The translations under genes and the position numbers were made by a program. Below, piece by piece: positions 36,820-59,621 of a stretch of 64,000 nucleotides of DNA. The notes below the pieces were generated by a model that ran no database searches, had not been told where the DNA came from, and was given only the letters and a program-made list of their open reading frames with translations. The stretch spans positions 36,580,001 to 36,644,000 of the forward strand of contig JBHGNT010000001.1 of assembly GCA_043228905.1 (NCBI GenBank), read 5' to 3'. Numbering within the stretch: position 1 is the stretch's first letter; every line of letters starts with the position of its first letter. This DNA is from Azolla caroliniana. Taxonomy: Eukaryota > Plantae > Polypodiophyta.

Positions 36820-38250
36820 GTTTGGGATAAAGAAATGCCTATTGGCTTGGTAGACATTACTAAAGCATATAATGTAGATAAAGGAATTAATGTATTTACT
36901 GGAGAGATGTATATAGGCTTGGGAGGATGTCCTCCAAAGGAAATCATGTATATAAGAAAGCAATCAATGTTTATACCTTCGCAAGTAAAGTTGTGCTCAT
37001 CGATGGACAGTAATGGTGGTGACAACATGTTTCATTAATGTATTTTGTATTTTGTTTGGTGAAATGTAGGAATACCTTTTCTTATGTGTGGATAACTCTT
37101 TTCTATCCGAGTCGTATGATAGCCCCCCAAATCATTTTTCTCTAAGCAAGCTCATTATAATGCTTATGCTTTTTATCTTTCACCTCATGATATAATTATG
37201 TAACCAATGGCTCGTTTGCAACATTCGAATGATAGTCTATGTAGCTAAAAATCAATACTTTGGTGGTACATATAATTTTAATATTTCAAACCATTCGTTT
37301 TCTTAAATGAGGGTATATTGAGGATAGGAATAGCGGTTAGTCCTTGTATACCGAAACGGTGTATTTTCTTATTTTTTTGTACAAATAGCAAAAATACAAT
37401 GTGAAGATATATATATATAACATGTACATTATGGTTTAATATTTCTGTCCTTGGTATTACGCCAAGTATTTCATTTCAGCCCTTGTATACCACTTCCTTA
37501 AAGGGTGTAAGTTATTGTACCAATAGCAAAATACATGTGAAGATATATAAACATTTCTGTCCGTGATATCACACCTCAAAACATGCTGTCTTTTAACTAA
37601 ATTAACTACTTCTGAATTTCTATATAAATCTTTTATCAGTAAAATGTTAATGATCTTTGTCTTCTTCGTTTGTTCATTATCTTAGAACCAATTGTTTCCA
37701 TAGTGTATCCCGTATATTATGGAGCATTTTGTATTGATGTTATTTCATTGAGTTTTGTAATTACAAATTACTTTGTTCTTATAAGATGAAGGGAAGGTTT
37801 TCATTAGTCCCCACTTACATATATAAGTACAAAATCATATTTAATACATGTGAACCACAAGATTCAATGCCATTGTTTGCCATTGGTATTCCTTGGCATA
37901 TAAATGCCACCAACCTAGTTACATCTAGGAACTACTTTAGATAGCAATAATCAATAAAGAGGCAAGCAAAAGCCTCATCACATAGATTTGATCACTATAC
38001 CATGGTATTGAATGTCAGTTCCACATTATTCACGAAGATAAATTTTAGTTACCTCCATAAGACACTTCATAATGTGCACTTAGAAAGTGATCTTGATTAT
38101 TTCAATTCCAATATATTAGAACAAGAATCTTATACATATAACTTCACCCTTGTGTAAACTCTTTTGCATTTGGACTAGGAAAAATTGACGTTTCAAATTT
38201 AGCTAGGAGAGTGTAAAGTAAAAGTTACATTCATCATTAGCTAGAGAGAA

Positions 38251-39414
38251 TTATAAAGCTTGGCACCCAATTACATACACAATGATAAGGAAGGTAGCAA
38301 TGGCTACAACACCTATTGCAATCTTCTTCCAGTTTGTAGTGATTGAATGAAGAACACTCGTTGGGCAAGATGTGCAATCGAAGCAACGATAATCTTCACT
38401 ATTGTTGTAAGTCGTACAATCGAGGTCTGCAGTAGAGTTTGTGGGGCTCACATAGTTTGTTCCAAACTTGGAGAATCCACAAACATTCGGTGGTTTGCAG
38501 CATCCATCCTATAAACAATTGCACAGCTTTGATTAATATTTGTAATTACCACTGGAAAGTAGAATGTAGACCCATTTGGAATGCTTAAATGCAGGACGAA
38601 CATTGAGAATGTAGGTTGTTGTGAACGCTGCATGAAATTCGAGTGAGAATTTTGGACATTTGGTGTGGTATATAGGTGTTTGGATCCAATGCAATAAAAT
38701 TCATGCCAATTCCCAGCCCTATCTAGTTGTAGAGTGTAGATATGTATTGCGGAAGTACATTTTATTTAATGTATTTGCATTTAAATTCTTAGATACCTTT
38801 AAATCTATAATATATATTGAATAATGGGAAGAGTATTTAAAAATCATGTGAGATGTACTAAGATAAGAGCTCACATAATTGTTAGCCACAACAAAGCGGA
38901 GGATACGTGAGAGGAAGCGTGATCCGGCGCCGGGAGCACTCTCGAGAGTGCACATTTTCGAGTCGCGGAGGCACGCACGGATGCGGGACCACCGGTAGGG
39001 GTCGTTCACGCGGTTCTGGAGCCACACCGAGAAGTCGGTAATCCGATACTGCTTGTAGCCGACGGACGTGAGAGCCTTGGCGGCGGACCGGTGCGTGACC
39101 ACGAACGTGAAGAGCGCGAGAGTGAGGAGGCCGAGGATGAGGAGGAGGAGGAGGAAGAGGTAGGCGCGGAGGAGGATGGAGATTTTGAAGAAGGTGGCGA
39201 GGATGGCGAGGGCCGAAATGGCGGCTAAGAGCGCGCCGAGTGAGAGGAGGGGCCAGTGGAGCTCCTGCATGCAGGTCCCGGGTTGCCTGGTGGCCAACAA
39301 CACTCCGAGTCCCGCAATTCCACCGCCGATGGCCATGGTGACCACATTGAAAATGACGAGTATGAGGTGGCTCATGCCACCACCTACAAGCCTCCTGCCT
39401 CCACTGCTTGCCAT
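38251..39414 (-). CDS. TET: Tetraspanin; exons 38875-39414 and 38251-38508
   Basis: Four TM segments, Y.I.DFS.WL..RV, W..IR.CL, the plant GCCKPP motif at the start of exon 2, and C.DC.SC...L....WKK. Confidence 0.9.
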
Positions 39415-39939
39415 GATCACAATCTCAATATGTATGTAAAAAGTAATAGGTCCGGTTTGAGATTCTAATTTTTATGCAGACAGCTTACTTATATGCTTTG
39501 GATTGCTTTGTTTGTGGCTGAATGTGGGTATAACTGTAAAAAAAAGCTTCAGAGGCCTGAATCTATATTGTTAGTTTCTCTCAAACACACACACACACAC
39601 ACATAACTAACGACCAAGACGTTCACATGTCATATAGGTTGGCGGTTATTCCTTTTTGCCCCCGGGCTCCTTCTTCTCTTTCACACCGGGGCATGCTTTT
39701 TTAAACCATACCCTTTAGTAAGGTTCCAAGCGTCCAATACTTTTGGACAAGTAAGTAGCTCATAATACATATAAAACTACTATTGATATGGACAATTATG
39801 TATGTAAGTCTATAATGACACAACCTCCTCCATTATATAAGGTTCCTTTTGAACATTTCTCGTGAGCTTGTAACCTTATAAATCGCATGGTTTGCCTTTA
39901 CCTAGGTTAAAAACAAGTATTCTCGCAACATCAATTACA

Positions 39940-40340
39940 TGGTTAACCCCCATGGCATTTTATCACAAATACTCTTGCATGGAGAACAAAAAATGACTTT
40001 TGTGCACAATATTATCAATTTTTTTGACAATTTATTATGATCGTAAAAGGAAGATTTAGAAAGTCTCCTTAAGGTGAGAGTTACAACCTTATACTTGCTT
40101 GAGAATTCTTTCATGCATTTGCATTTACATGGGAAAAAGTTTGGGATAATCACAAAATATAATTGAATCCAACTAAAAACAACTATTGGGAGGGCAATGT
40201 AAGATTGGGTCCGTACTCTTGCATGGAAGAAAGAGAGACGGAATCCATTATAATTGGATTCTGGGATGGATGCTCGACAGAAGTTTATGGAAGCAATTAG
40301 GTCAAGAGCTTTGCAAAATTCCAACTTGCCCCTAACAATA
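39940..40340 (+). mobile_element. Possible degenerate L1-type LINE ORF2 C-terminal remnant
   Basis: Broken frames include W-R-T-K-N-D-F, resembling the L1 W..RN...F motif. Heavily degraded. Confidence 0.3.
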
Positions 40341-40998
40341 ATTCCTCAAACTGCTTACATGATGATCTAAACCTAGTTAATAACATGAACGTATGTTGCA
40401 ATGAGTACAACAACAATATACCAATAACTTGAGATTTTTTAACCCCTTTGAAACTTAAGGTTATATAGTACATACACTCTACCACGAACATGGAATGGAG
40501 CCTTTTGACGAATCCGTTCTCGTATGAATCTCGTGTGGTATCATTAAATTTCTTGTATATGACTTTTCCTTTCCTCTAGTCTCGATAGTTGAGACATGAG
40601 CAACATATAATGTTTGACCTTCACATATTCTCTCCATCGGATGTGGATTTCCATTTGGTCATGAGCCAATAGAGATAGTTGTTTGCCTCACTTTCTTTCT
40701 CCGATCCACACCATGCTAGAGAGGTAGATAGTCCGTGTGCCCGCTATGCCCGAACACTAAACTACTATTGTGCTCCCCACACTACTGTATGGGCAGGCTG
40801 CCCGTCGAGCAATGATACGGTTTGGCCCTGGATTCATCTCTCGCCCAATGATATGGTGCCACGCGAGATACATCGATGTGTCGGGCCGACATGTGGTGTG
40901 TGATGTGGCACTCACATATCTATCTCTTAGCCTAACTAGGGCAGGGGCAGGGGCAGGGGCAGGGACAGAGACAGGGGACAGAGACAGAGACAGTCTCC

Positions 40999-42800
40999 AT
41001 GTATTGCGGTCCTGCTAATAGTACTTACAGGCTCTGCGCCTTCTCGTCTTCTTCTTCTTCTTCTTCTTCTCTGACTTCATCTCTCTCTCTGCCTCCCAGG
41101 CCTTCTTCCAAACACTCTTCTCGTCTTCTCCTACGACTCCGCGATCGGCCCACGCCGCTCACGGCTGCGACACTTCGACGCACTCTCCTCCGTTTCTCGA
41201 AGCCTACCCTCCTCTCCACGCTCCGCCATCTCCTCCTCCTCCAAGAATGGAAGATCGCCCTTCCTGTAAGTCTAGCTTTGTCGATATGTACTTTGTTCCT
41301 CTTATCATTTACGTATTAGAGAGATAGACGAAAAGACATAGAGATAGGTAGATGATCGAATATGGTAGATACTACTAGTTTCAGAGCATTTCTTTATCTC
41401 TCCAAATGCCCTGATGCTGGCCTGTTTAGTTCTCTATATATGTTCGAGAGGTAAGATAGATAAAGAGAGAGAGATAGGTGGTCGAATGTGATGGAAAGAA
41501 ACATTGCTGTGCACTCTCCGCGTGTGCAGTTGATGCATGAATCGCGATGTTCGGGAATTTTACTCCTGACCATTGCAAGTCATAGAGAAAGAATGATATA
41601 AATGCACAAAAAACCATGAAAAGTGACAACCTCCTCCTTTCCTTCATACATGAGATGTCAGACACTCAGCAGGACAAGAATGAGAAAGAGACAATATTTT
41701 TTCACGGAATGGAAAACTGACATTGCAGCACTCTTTCTTTCCCTCAGATGTACCTTGCCCTCGTCAATGCCCCTTGGTTCAAGTGGGACCCTGGGCTTCT
41801 CGCAGAGCTCACTGCTTTACTCGACAAATGTCAGGAGACTCAACATTCTCAAGCTCTTCTTGAAACTCATCATGAAAAACTGAATTCGAAGCAACTTTTG
41901 GAGTTCAAGTGTGCACTTATCCTTCATTATGCCAGGTATCACCTCAAAACTGAAATGCTTGCCACTTTCAAAAGCGTGGAAATGTCATCAGATTCACACG
42001 CGAGAGTTTCGGCATTTAGCTCTTTGATCCAAGCATATGCATGCATTGATCTGCCTCATGATGCCTATGCCACATTGATCGATATGCAAACACGTGGTTT
42101 CAAACCATCTTCAAAGGATTTGAAAGCAGTTCTTTTCAGTTTTGGAAGATGTGGTTTGTTTGATAATATGGAAAGAATAACTTCAGACATGGAGAAGCTG
42201 GGGTTTTTAAAGGATCCTGTAGTATTCAACATGATCATCAACACGTACGCCACAGTTGAGAATCACTCCAAGATCGAAGAATGGATAGATAAGATGTTGG
42301 CTTCAGGTGTGAAACCAACTGTAAGATCACTTAATGCAGTAGCGAAAGCTTGCCCAGTGCTTACAAAGCTTTCAACAAGGAACACTTATGTACCTATAGC
42401 ATTGCTCTTCGAGTATTTAGAGAAGAACTGTGCTACGCAAGGGGAGATCAAAAGTGTTGAATACCTTGTCAAGCTTTGTCTAGTTCAAGAGGCAGTAAAA
42501 TGGGATAATTCTTGGCAACTTGATCTCCATAGCACGGTTGTTGGTTCAGCATATGTGATGCTCTTGTGTTGGCTGAGAGAAGTATTGGGGAGACTTGATA
42601 CTCGACTTGAGTTTCCATCTGAGATTGTCATTGTAACTGGATGGGGTAAACATAGTGAGACCAGGGGAAGCTCCTACATAAAGCTAATGGTTCGTGATTT
42701 GCTTGAAAATATGGGAAGCCCTTTTATGGTAGATAGCCAAAACAAGGGTAGATTGTTTGCAAAATCTCATGCTGTGCTGGCATGGCTTACGAGATTGTGA
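40999..42800 (+). CDS. PPR-SMR protein (At2g17033-like), plastid-targeted; exons 40999-41265 and 41748-42800
   Basis: Ser-rich transit peptide, PWFKWDPGLLAELTALL, about 3-4 P-type PPRs, and an SMR domain LDLH...GSAYVMLLCW...VTGWGKHS..RG.S...SPF.....NKGRL. Confidence 0.9.
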
Positions 42801-45036
42801 ATTTTATTTTTAATGGAGTCAACATTTTCATGAGTAATCAATCCTCACTGTAGGTTGTAAGGTATTGCCATTCTTGAAAAGCACAGAGGGATCCTTTTCT
42901 GTGTTTGTATGTTTGCATCAATAGATTTTTATTTAATTCACATTGAGAGGGGAAATTTCCTGGTCTGTAAAACAAAATCTCTCTTTTTTTTAATGGAGGA
43001 ATCCTTTCCCCATTGGTCTTGGTAAGGCTCTAATCAATCCTATTTCACATTGAGAATTCTCATTCCACATTGCAAAGAACATACTTGGGTTTATTTCAAT
43101 GAGATTTCCTCCCTATTCATCCATTTTTGTTTGCAGAAGAGTTTCTCTTGGTACTATGAAACATACATCTTAGTTTGATGCTTATTTCCTCTAATGTGAT
43201 TGCAACACCTTTTGTTTTTTGAGTTGTTCCACATCCATCCATCCAAAACAAAACAAATTGGTTCTACTTCAAGACTTGACTTTGGCAACTAAAAAATGAT
43301 GCAGTACTATAATTCTTTTGGGTTCAACTATCATGAGCACAATGAATGGTGTAAAATGTGGTTTAGCTCTAGAAAGAGACCTTGTTAATGTGTGATTGCA
43401 CAAGTTGTCAAAAGAGAAATTTGAACTAGCAATAAAATGAGCTGAGCAAATGTTTTCTACATTTTGTGTCTCACTGTTAAAATTCACTCAACAACATATA
43501 TCAAGTCCACAAGTTTGCTCGACATGTTTTCTTATGAAAATGTTGCAATATTACATGATGACACATGGACCTTGTAGTGCCTTCTCTAGAAAAAGTGTTG
43601 GAATTTGGGAAAAGGATTTGCAAACTTGTGCCCTGCGATATATATTCTGCAAACATGAGTATGCAACACTTTTGCTGTAATATTTATTGTGTGGTAAGAG
43701 TGAAATTGTATTTGTACAAGTGAGCTTATTAAGGAACACTTTCATTGTATTTGTACATATCATTCTTACTGGAAGTGCTCTTTAAAATTGAAGACATATT
43801 TAAATTGTTCAATTTAAAAGCTAAACAAAATCATATGTTTGTGATTCAAAACCTTCTTTGACATTAGACTTGTCATTTGTTCATTTGTTGCATAAACTCC
43901 ATATTTCCAAATCACGGATTTCTTAGTGTCTCTATGCAACCTCCTTGTAGCATTATTGTTGATAGATGAAGACAAAGATGTGTAATTGATTAGAGGAGAA
44001 TTAACAACCAGCAAATGTGGCTAAGCTTCAGAGATAGAAATGGGTTAAGGAAGAGTGCACCTATATGTCAGATGTAATTACCATCATGGGGGTAGTCTAT
44101 TGTCCTTATTGAATTTCGCCTGCACGATGCAACTATAATAAGTATATATGTATGCTTCCACTTCGCAAATCTTTGGACTAAGTTTTTTCATAGATGCCTT
44201 AAGTTTGGTACAGGTCAACAAGTTACTAGTATGTAATTAGAGAAACATATTCATGCATACCCCCAAAGGTTGATCCTAGTAAAGGGCAACAATTGGTAGA
44301 GGGGATGGAAAAGTGAATGGGGGTAGGGGGCTCCCACACTATCACGTTGTGGTGTGGTGAAGAGCTTTTGAATTTTGAAAATCTCTGCTTTTTGACTGTA
44401 TGAATAGGTTGGTGCGAAATGCTAAAATAAAATAAACTAGGCATTTGATAAAAATTGAAAATAAAAATAAAGAAGTGCATTTGCTAAAATAAACAAAAAA
44501 AGAAGAGAGGCATGGGCTCAAAAAAAAGAAAAAAGGCATTGCCTAAAATAAAATAGAATACGCATTTGCCAAAAAAGAAAAGAAAAGGAAAAGACATTGG
44601 CTAAAATAAAAAATAAACAGGAAAAATCTATGCAATTCTGTTTTTTTTGAAATTGCATAAATAATTAAATAAACTACCAACATATCTATCGATAACATAA
44701 ACTGAGAAAATGCAAGAAACGGAGCGAAAGGCAAAAAGCAAAAAGCGAAAAAGCAAAGGAAGGGAGGGGGGGGGGGGGGGGGGGAGAGAGCAAGACGCGA
44801 TGAAAGATCCGACATGAACAAAAAATGCAAAGAACGAAAGAAACAGAGCGAGAGAGAGAGATGTGTTGAAGAGAAAGACGGACAAGCAAGAAAAAGCAGC
44901 AGAAATAAAAGAAGTTCAGCAGAAACAAAGCATATAGTATGTATGTATGTATGTACATGTAGTTGATAGCAGACAGTAGTTAGTTAGTTCGTTTCAAATG
45001 GATTGGGCGGGGGTCTTTGGGTGGGAGTGATTGAAG

Positions 45037-45081
<45 letters not shown>

Positions 45082-45356
45082 GCGGGAACAGTTCGCTGCT
45101 GCAGCAGCTCCTCTGAATCCTCCTCCTCCTTATATCTATCTATCTATATATAAAGAAAGAAAGAAAGAAAGGCCAGTCAAGAATCCATGGAAGAAGCAGC
45201 AGGAACAGAGTAAGAAAAGCCTTCCCCCCCCCTTGTCTCCTTCTTCATTCATTCATTCATTGATCCACCGATCAATCCATTCCATCCTGTTTCCACGCAC
45301 GTACTCTCCATATATAGAAGAATCTAGAGAGAGAGAGATTTTTGCCATATCAAAGA

Positions 45357-46763
45357 ATGGAGGCAGGATCAGTGACCATGCCATCCCGCCACCGCCTGCT
45401 GCCGATGGTGATGATGATCGTGGCCATGGCCATGGCCTTCATGGTTAACCCCTCCCTCTGCGCCTACCAGAATGTCACCACCCTCCTCCGAAACCACCCT
45501 TCCTGCAGCTCCTTCAACACCCTCCTCACCAACTATGGCGTCGCCTCTGCCATCAACAGCCGCACCACAATCACTGTGCTCTGCCCCCCCAATGCCGCCA
45601 TTGATGCCTTCTTCTCATCCTCCCGCCTCGCCCACGACCGTCAAACCATCTTCAACGTCCTAAGCTTCCATGTGCTCCTCGATTACGAGGACCCTCAGAA
45701 GCTTCGATCCCTGTCCGATGGCTCTGCAATCCTCACCACGCTCTTCCAGACCACCGGCCTCTCCGCCGGACTCAATGGCTTCCTCAACCTAACCACCCTA
45801 ACTAATGGAACCACCCTACTCCGCTCTGCATCTGCCCCTCCTGGATCTCCGCCTTTGGCTTCTGTGATGGCTTCTCTGGAGAGCTTCCCCTTCAACATAA
45901 GCATTCTCTCCATCTCTGCTCTGCTTACGCCCACGGGAGCTTCCCTTCCACCCTCATCGCCAGTCAATGTCACTGACGTCCTTGCTCGTTCCGCGGCAGG
46001 GAATTTCTCTACCTTTGTCTCGTTGCTAGTATCATCTGGAGTTGATAAGGTCTTTCAATCGCATGATTCATCCCCGGGATTGACAATCTTTGCACCCACC
46101 AACAGTGCATTCGATCGCATGTCGGGATCAATGGTGTATGCAAGCCTCTCCATGGCTCAGAGGGTCTCGCTTCTCGAGTTCCACGGGATTGCTTCCTTTT
46201 TCCCCACACAAGAGTTGTTGGGTTCCGCAGGGTCTCAACCCACCCTAGCTACCACATCAGGCAATGCTGATTATAAGCTTTCTTTGACTCCATCCACAAA
46301 GACCGGTATGGTTTCAATCATAACCAATGGCAATGGAAACCCTGTCCCGATAATGGGGACGCTCTACTCCAACAATCCCGTGTCGATCTTCTCGATCGAT
46401 TCGTTGCTCCTTCCTGCAGAAATCTTTCCGTCGATCGCAGCATCGCCATCTCCGTCCATAACATTAGCCCCAGGACCCAGTGGGCCTGCATTGTCTCCGC
46501 CCGACTCGAGTCCAACTATTTCGCAAGTGATGTCTCCGGCATCGGCATTGGCCCCGGCAATGCAAACTCCTAAATCATCAGCACCACCAAATTATTCGCC
46601 CCCTGCTCCACCTGCAGACTTGTCTTTCGGTGGTCCCCAAGTTGCATCAGGACCCAAGAATGATGATGAGAGCTCTGCACATTCGGTGCAGAGAAATCAT
46701 TGTTATCTTCACCTGTGTGCTTCCATCTTCCTTGTTTTCTTCATTGGTTCTCTTTTGTATTAG
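45357..46763 (+). CDS. FLA: Fasciclin-like arabinogalactan protein with two FAS1 domains and a GPI-anchor signal
   Basis: Signal peptide; ITVLCPPN, LSFHVLLDY, TTLFQTTG; second FAS1 GLTIFAPTNSAF, IDSLLLP.EIF; AP/SP-rich region and hydrophobic C-terminus. Intronless. Confidence 0.93.
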   Translation: MEAGSVTMPSRHRLLPMVMMIVAMAMAFMVNPSLCAYQNVTTLLRNHPSCSSFNTLLTNYGVASAINSRTTITVLCPPNAAIDAFFSSSRLAHDRQTIFNVLSFHVLLDYEDPQKLRSLSDGSAILTTLFQTTGLSAGLNGFLNLTTLTNGTTLLRSASAPPGSPPLASVMASLESFPFNISILSISALLTPTGASLPPSSPVNVTDVLARSAAGNFSTFVSLLVSSGVDKVFQSHDSSPGLTIFAPTNSAFDRMSGSMVYASLSMAQRVSLLEFHGIASFFPTQELLGSAGSQPTLATTSGNADYKLSLTPSTKTGMVSIITNGNGNPVPIMGTLYSNNPVSIFSIDSLLLPAEIFPSIAASPSPSITLAPGPSGPALSPPDSSPTISQVMSPASALAPAMQTPKSSAPPNYSPPAPPADLSFGGPQVASGPKNDDESSAHSVQRNHCYLHLCASIFLVFFIGSLLY

Positions 46764-47861
46764 TTTGTGGCTACCCATGAAAATTGTAATCTTCTCGGTG
46801 CCATTTTGAATTTACTAGAATATGCCTTTATATATTAGAATCTCAAAAAAAATTGGCATCTCCATCATTTTCTGTAATTTACTGTCGAGTTATGAAACCC
46901 ATTGACGGACGTGTGTAAAGCTATCTACATATATCTCTACAATAAGAAATGATGTCAAGACAAGAAGTAAAAGATGCACACTTATCTATGGATCATTTAT
47001 GTGTGAGCAAAATGATCAAAATACTACACCAGAATTCATTAGATGTCATTTTACTTTTAAGGATTTTTGTAATTGCCGCATTTTGTAGAGGGACACCTAG
47101 TTGAGATTTCTATGGGTGGGTGGGAAGTTTCATAGTACGGTGATAAGCAATATTGTAGAATTACATACAAGATGAATGAGGTCTCTCTGGATAATAAATT
47201 ATAAAGATGAATGCAGCCTTCCATTATACTGGTCACAAACCTAACGTTTTACAGCACCACCACCAAACGAAAGGTTGTTCCTAACATGAGCTTAATCTTT
47301 ATTTTTTGGAGAAGTTGGCAAAGCAAAGTACTAACGTTAGCCTATTGGCAAATTTATAAAAACTGTAGTCTGTTTCTATTGACTAATCATATGCTGGGGT
47401 TTAATATGCTGTTGTCAAATTATTATTATTTCTGTTCGCCAAAATCTAGCTTCTCTTTTTATTCTCTTTTTCTCTGGGGTTGACTAAGTGCAAATGGGAA
47501 ATAGCAAGAGCTCAAGTAAATTTGGGGAAATAAAGAACTTGGCGAGTCATATGTTCAGCAAGTGATATATTAACACAATGACAACATTTAGCTGCTGATA
47601 AAAGCTTATAATCATTCAAATTTTGAAAAGAGTCAAGCTTGTCCAAATGTATTCACCATTTCTCAGTGTTGCTGTGAAGGGTTCACTATTATAGAAAAAC
47701 TTATATTTTAACTTTGGTTATGTCAGTGTGAAGGATTTAATATTTTATCCCACCTCGTGCAATACTTTGAAAGACATACATAGGGCTTTGGTTAGGACTC
47801 TGTGTGCATGCACATACAACAAAACCATGAAAACTCCAGGTCTATGCAATAAAAAAAGAGA

Positions 47862-56538
<8,677 letters not shown>

Positions 56539-56694
56539 CACGCGGTTCGATTGTGTATCAACAATAAAGCAAATAACAGAAAACCGTTAATGTGTGTAGA
56601 AATAGAGAATCTTATTTGTTAATGTTAGAGAGAGAGAGCTCTCTCGTGGGTTGGGTTGGGCCGGACTAAGTGGTTGGTCAGATGACACTTTGCA

Positions 56695-56765
56695 TGTCTG
56701 CCCGCCTAATGGATAATGCATTTGTTCTTCCAATGAAAGGGATCGTGGGTTCGAAACCCCGTCAT
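56695..56765 (+). pseudogene. tRNA-Arg-like pseudogene or tRNA-derived SINE head
   Basis: GCCTAATGGATAA (D-loop/A box typical of tRNA-Arg) ... CTTCCAA loop ... GATCGTGGGTTCGAAACCC (T arm/B box). The acceptor and anticodon stems are disrupted. Confidence 0.55.
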
Positions 56766-59621
56766 TATCCTAACATTTTGGATATGGTATCTATATATAT
56801 GCCATTGCATGAGACAACATTGTTTTATGTTTATTTCAATAACCTCGAGTAGCAATTGATCTTTGTGTTATCGAACTGGTTGGGGACATATATGTTCGTT
56901 CCTCACATGAATCTTCATTTCAATTCACAAGATTGGGTATTTCTCATGGCCACTCCTAGGTTTTGGTTGTTATATGATCACACATAAATTCCTCCCAACT
57001 ATGTCGTATAATTTATGTATAATTTGTTAAATATCCAAAACACCCATGGCTCAATGGATGGGTGGTATAATCCACACCAAGCAACTTTGAGAAGTTGATG
57101 TTTGAACATCCATAACATAATATCCCTTTATATGAATCAATTATCTTATTTACATTTTGACAATCTTGGTTACAACCAACACATTGTTGTCAACCTCACT
57201 AGAACTAAATAGGTTCACACATTAATTCTAACACCTTTAATTGTTGTTTGACTAACAAATTTGGGTATTATGAAAACAAACTTATTCATATGTTTTGATT
57301 ATAAATTCCTCCCCACAACAATTGTTAAGCATGCACTTCACTCCCCACACCTTTTCGTGCGATATTTCCATTGGTGTAACATGTATGGGCATTTGGGCTA
57401 GTGTGTGAAGAGAGAAGGTAACACCGAACATTACTTATTACTCTAGTGTTCTTCTTGAGAACGACCTCAAGGTAAATGGGAGGGGACCTACCATGGTCTA
57501 CCCTTTTGTTTTGCGAGATAGGCAAGGGAGTGTGTCAAACATCCTTGAGCTACTTACATTAGACTAACTACTAAAGCAACCTCTAAACTAACACTACAAC
57601 TTAATCAATAAAACAAGATAAACGAAACACTTAAACATATGAGACTTTACTACTCTTGATCACTCAATTAGAAGAGCAACACGATGAGAAATCACCAACA
57701 TGGCTTTGCTTCCTACATTAATCTATGCTTAGAAATTACAAGTTGCTAATTATACAAGTTCAAGCTCTAATAACCCTTTGTGTGGTTAAAGCCATTCCCA
57801 ATAATGTTGGACGAGGGGGGACATGATAGTAGGCCTGAGGGCATTTGGGGAAATAACGAAAATGAAGCGAAAACCTCAGGGGTATTTCAATAAATTTGGA
57901 AACCTATCCATATATGTATATCAATTTTTTACAAATCAAGCACAGCCTTACTCTAGAGATGGAACAAATGTCTGTGCAGAGACAGAGAGATTGGGCTGAG
58001 GATTTGTTTCCTTTTCTGCAGAAAATCAATTCGGAAGAGCCAGAAAGGTCGAAGAAAATTTGTTACATTTTTTTCCTTCTCTTTAGAACGTCAAGTCCCC
58101 ACGTAAGTTCCATATCTTCAAATTTAGTAATCTCTCTGCACATATATACATATATGTGTGTGCAGACACACGTATATATACATTTGATACAAACAGGAGT
58201 ATTTCTATGGTTTCGGAAATATTTCTATGCCTGTATAATGTGCACAGAAAGAAAAGAAGTTATATGGAGAGCAATTAGAGTCATTGTTATGCATCTTTGA
58301 TGCCAAAGAGAGGAATTCTCTACCAAAACATTTTTTTCGAAGAAATGCATTTTCTTTCTTTGGGATTGTCATTTCTTTATTAAAGAAAAAGGTAGTTCAA
58401 ATTGTCATCTCAACATTTAAAGAGATATTTTTCTTGTTTGGATCTACTCCTATGCATTGTTAAAGCATGGTTTTCTTGTTTGAAAAATTGAGTTATGAAA
58501 AGCTAGCTTTTCCCTTTCATAAAAATTGTTGATGTCGAGTAAGTTTGGCTCCCCTTGGCAATTAAAAAAATCTGACAAAGACCAAGACATTGCAAAGTAT
58601 GACGTGACGATGCATTACATTGCCTCTTGTTAACATTTGGAAACTCATAAAAGATACGCAGAATTCGCACTACCTTTCACCCTAATATATAACTTGTCGT
58701 AATCCTTCTTCTACTGCCAACTTTCTTTGACACTGTGCTACCGTTATCAGGAATGTTTTAATGTACTCTGAATTTTGAATTTTCAGATACTTTGTTATAC
58801 CTGAGGTAAAAGTCAAAGCACGTCTTTCCAGTTATTCTAATTAAAAGGTAATTTGTAGGGAAAATTACCATCAGTATAATATAATCAAAAGTGGTCAAAA
58901 AACTATCTGGATTTTGAACGCATGCTTTTTCGTTGTAGATTTTGTTTGCATACAACCATTGCTTTGCTTTGGGAAATTTAGAACTTGCTACTTGCAACAG
59001 GATTTGTATCACCTTCAGAAAGATGGATCCATCTGGAGTATCTCTGAACTTCAGGCTTCGTCAAGACTTTACTTCTATGTTTATCCCGCAAATGCATCAG
59101 ATAGTATATCAATCCATGCCTCCAATAATGCATATGATTCACTGAATGTGCTAGGGAAACTTCTGAATAATAGTGATTCTCTGAAGGATTAAACCATAGA
59201 CTGGAGATTGTTGAACTATGACTATTAAGGATTCTGGCAGCTTGCCCCACATTCAATTACCTCAACAACCTCAAGGGCATGCCAGATAATGCCTTGTGGA
59301 AGAATGTTTTTGCAAACAAAAGGAATTTTATACAAAATACCCCTGTCAACATTTTTATTAAGATTCATTGGTGATTATCTGTAACCATTGGTCAAGCAGT
59401 GCCCAATTTTTCTTCTTTTTCAGTGCAGACACCTGAACCAAACCGGGATCTTGACATAAAAAGTCCTCCGGATTATGGCATTATGGCGCACCATTTCACA
59501 ATCTGGGAAATGATAACTCAGACTGATGAAAGGGTATTCAGGGTTCTTGTCTATTTCTCTAAATTAACAACTACTAGTTCTGTAGGGTTTCTTAATGACT
59601 GTATGGAAAATCTTTACGCTT

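Noticed and set aside
44460-44960. Overlapping short ORFs in A-rich/poly-G DNA, and similar ORFs at 35333-35712 and 53724-53960
   Set aside because: These are low-complexity or microsatellite artefacts with no coding signature.
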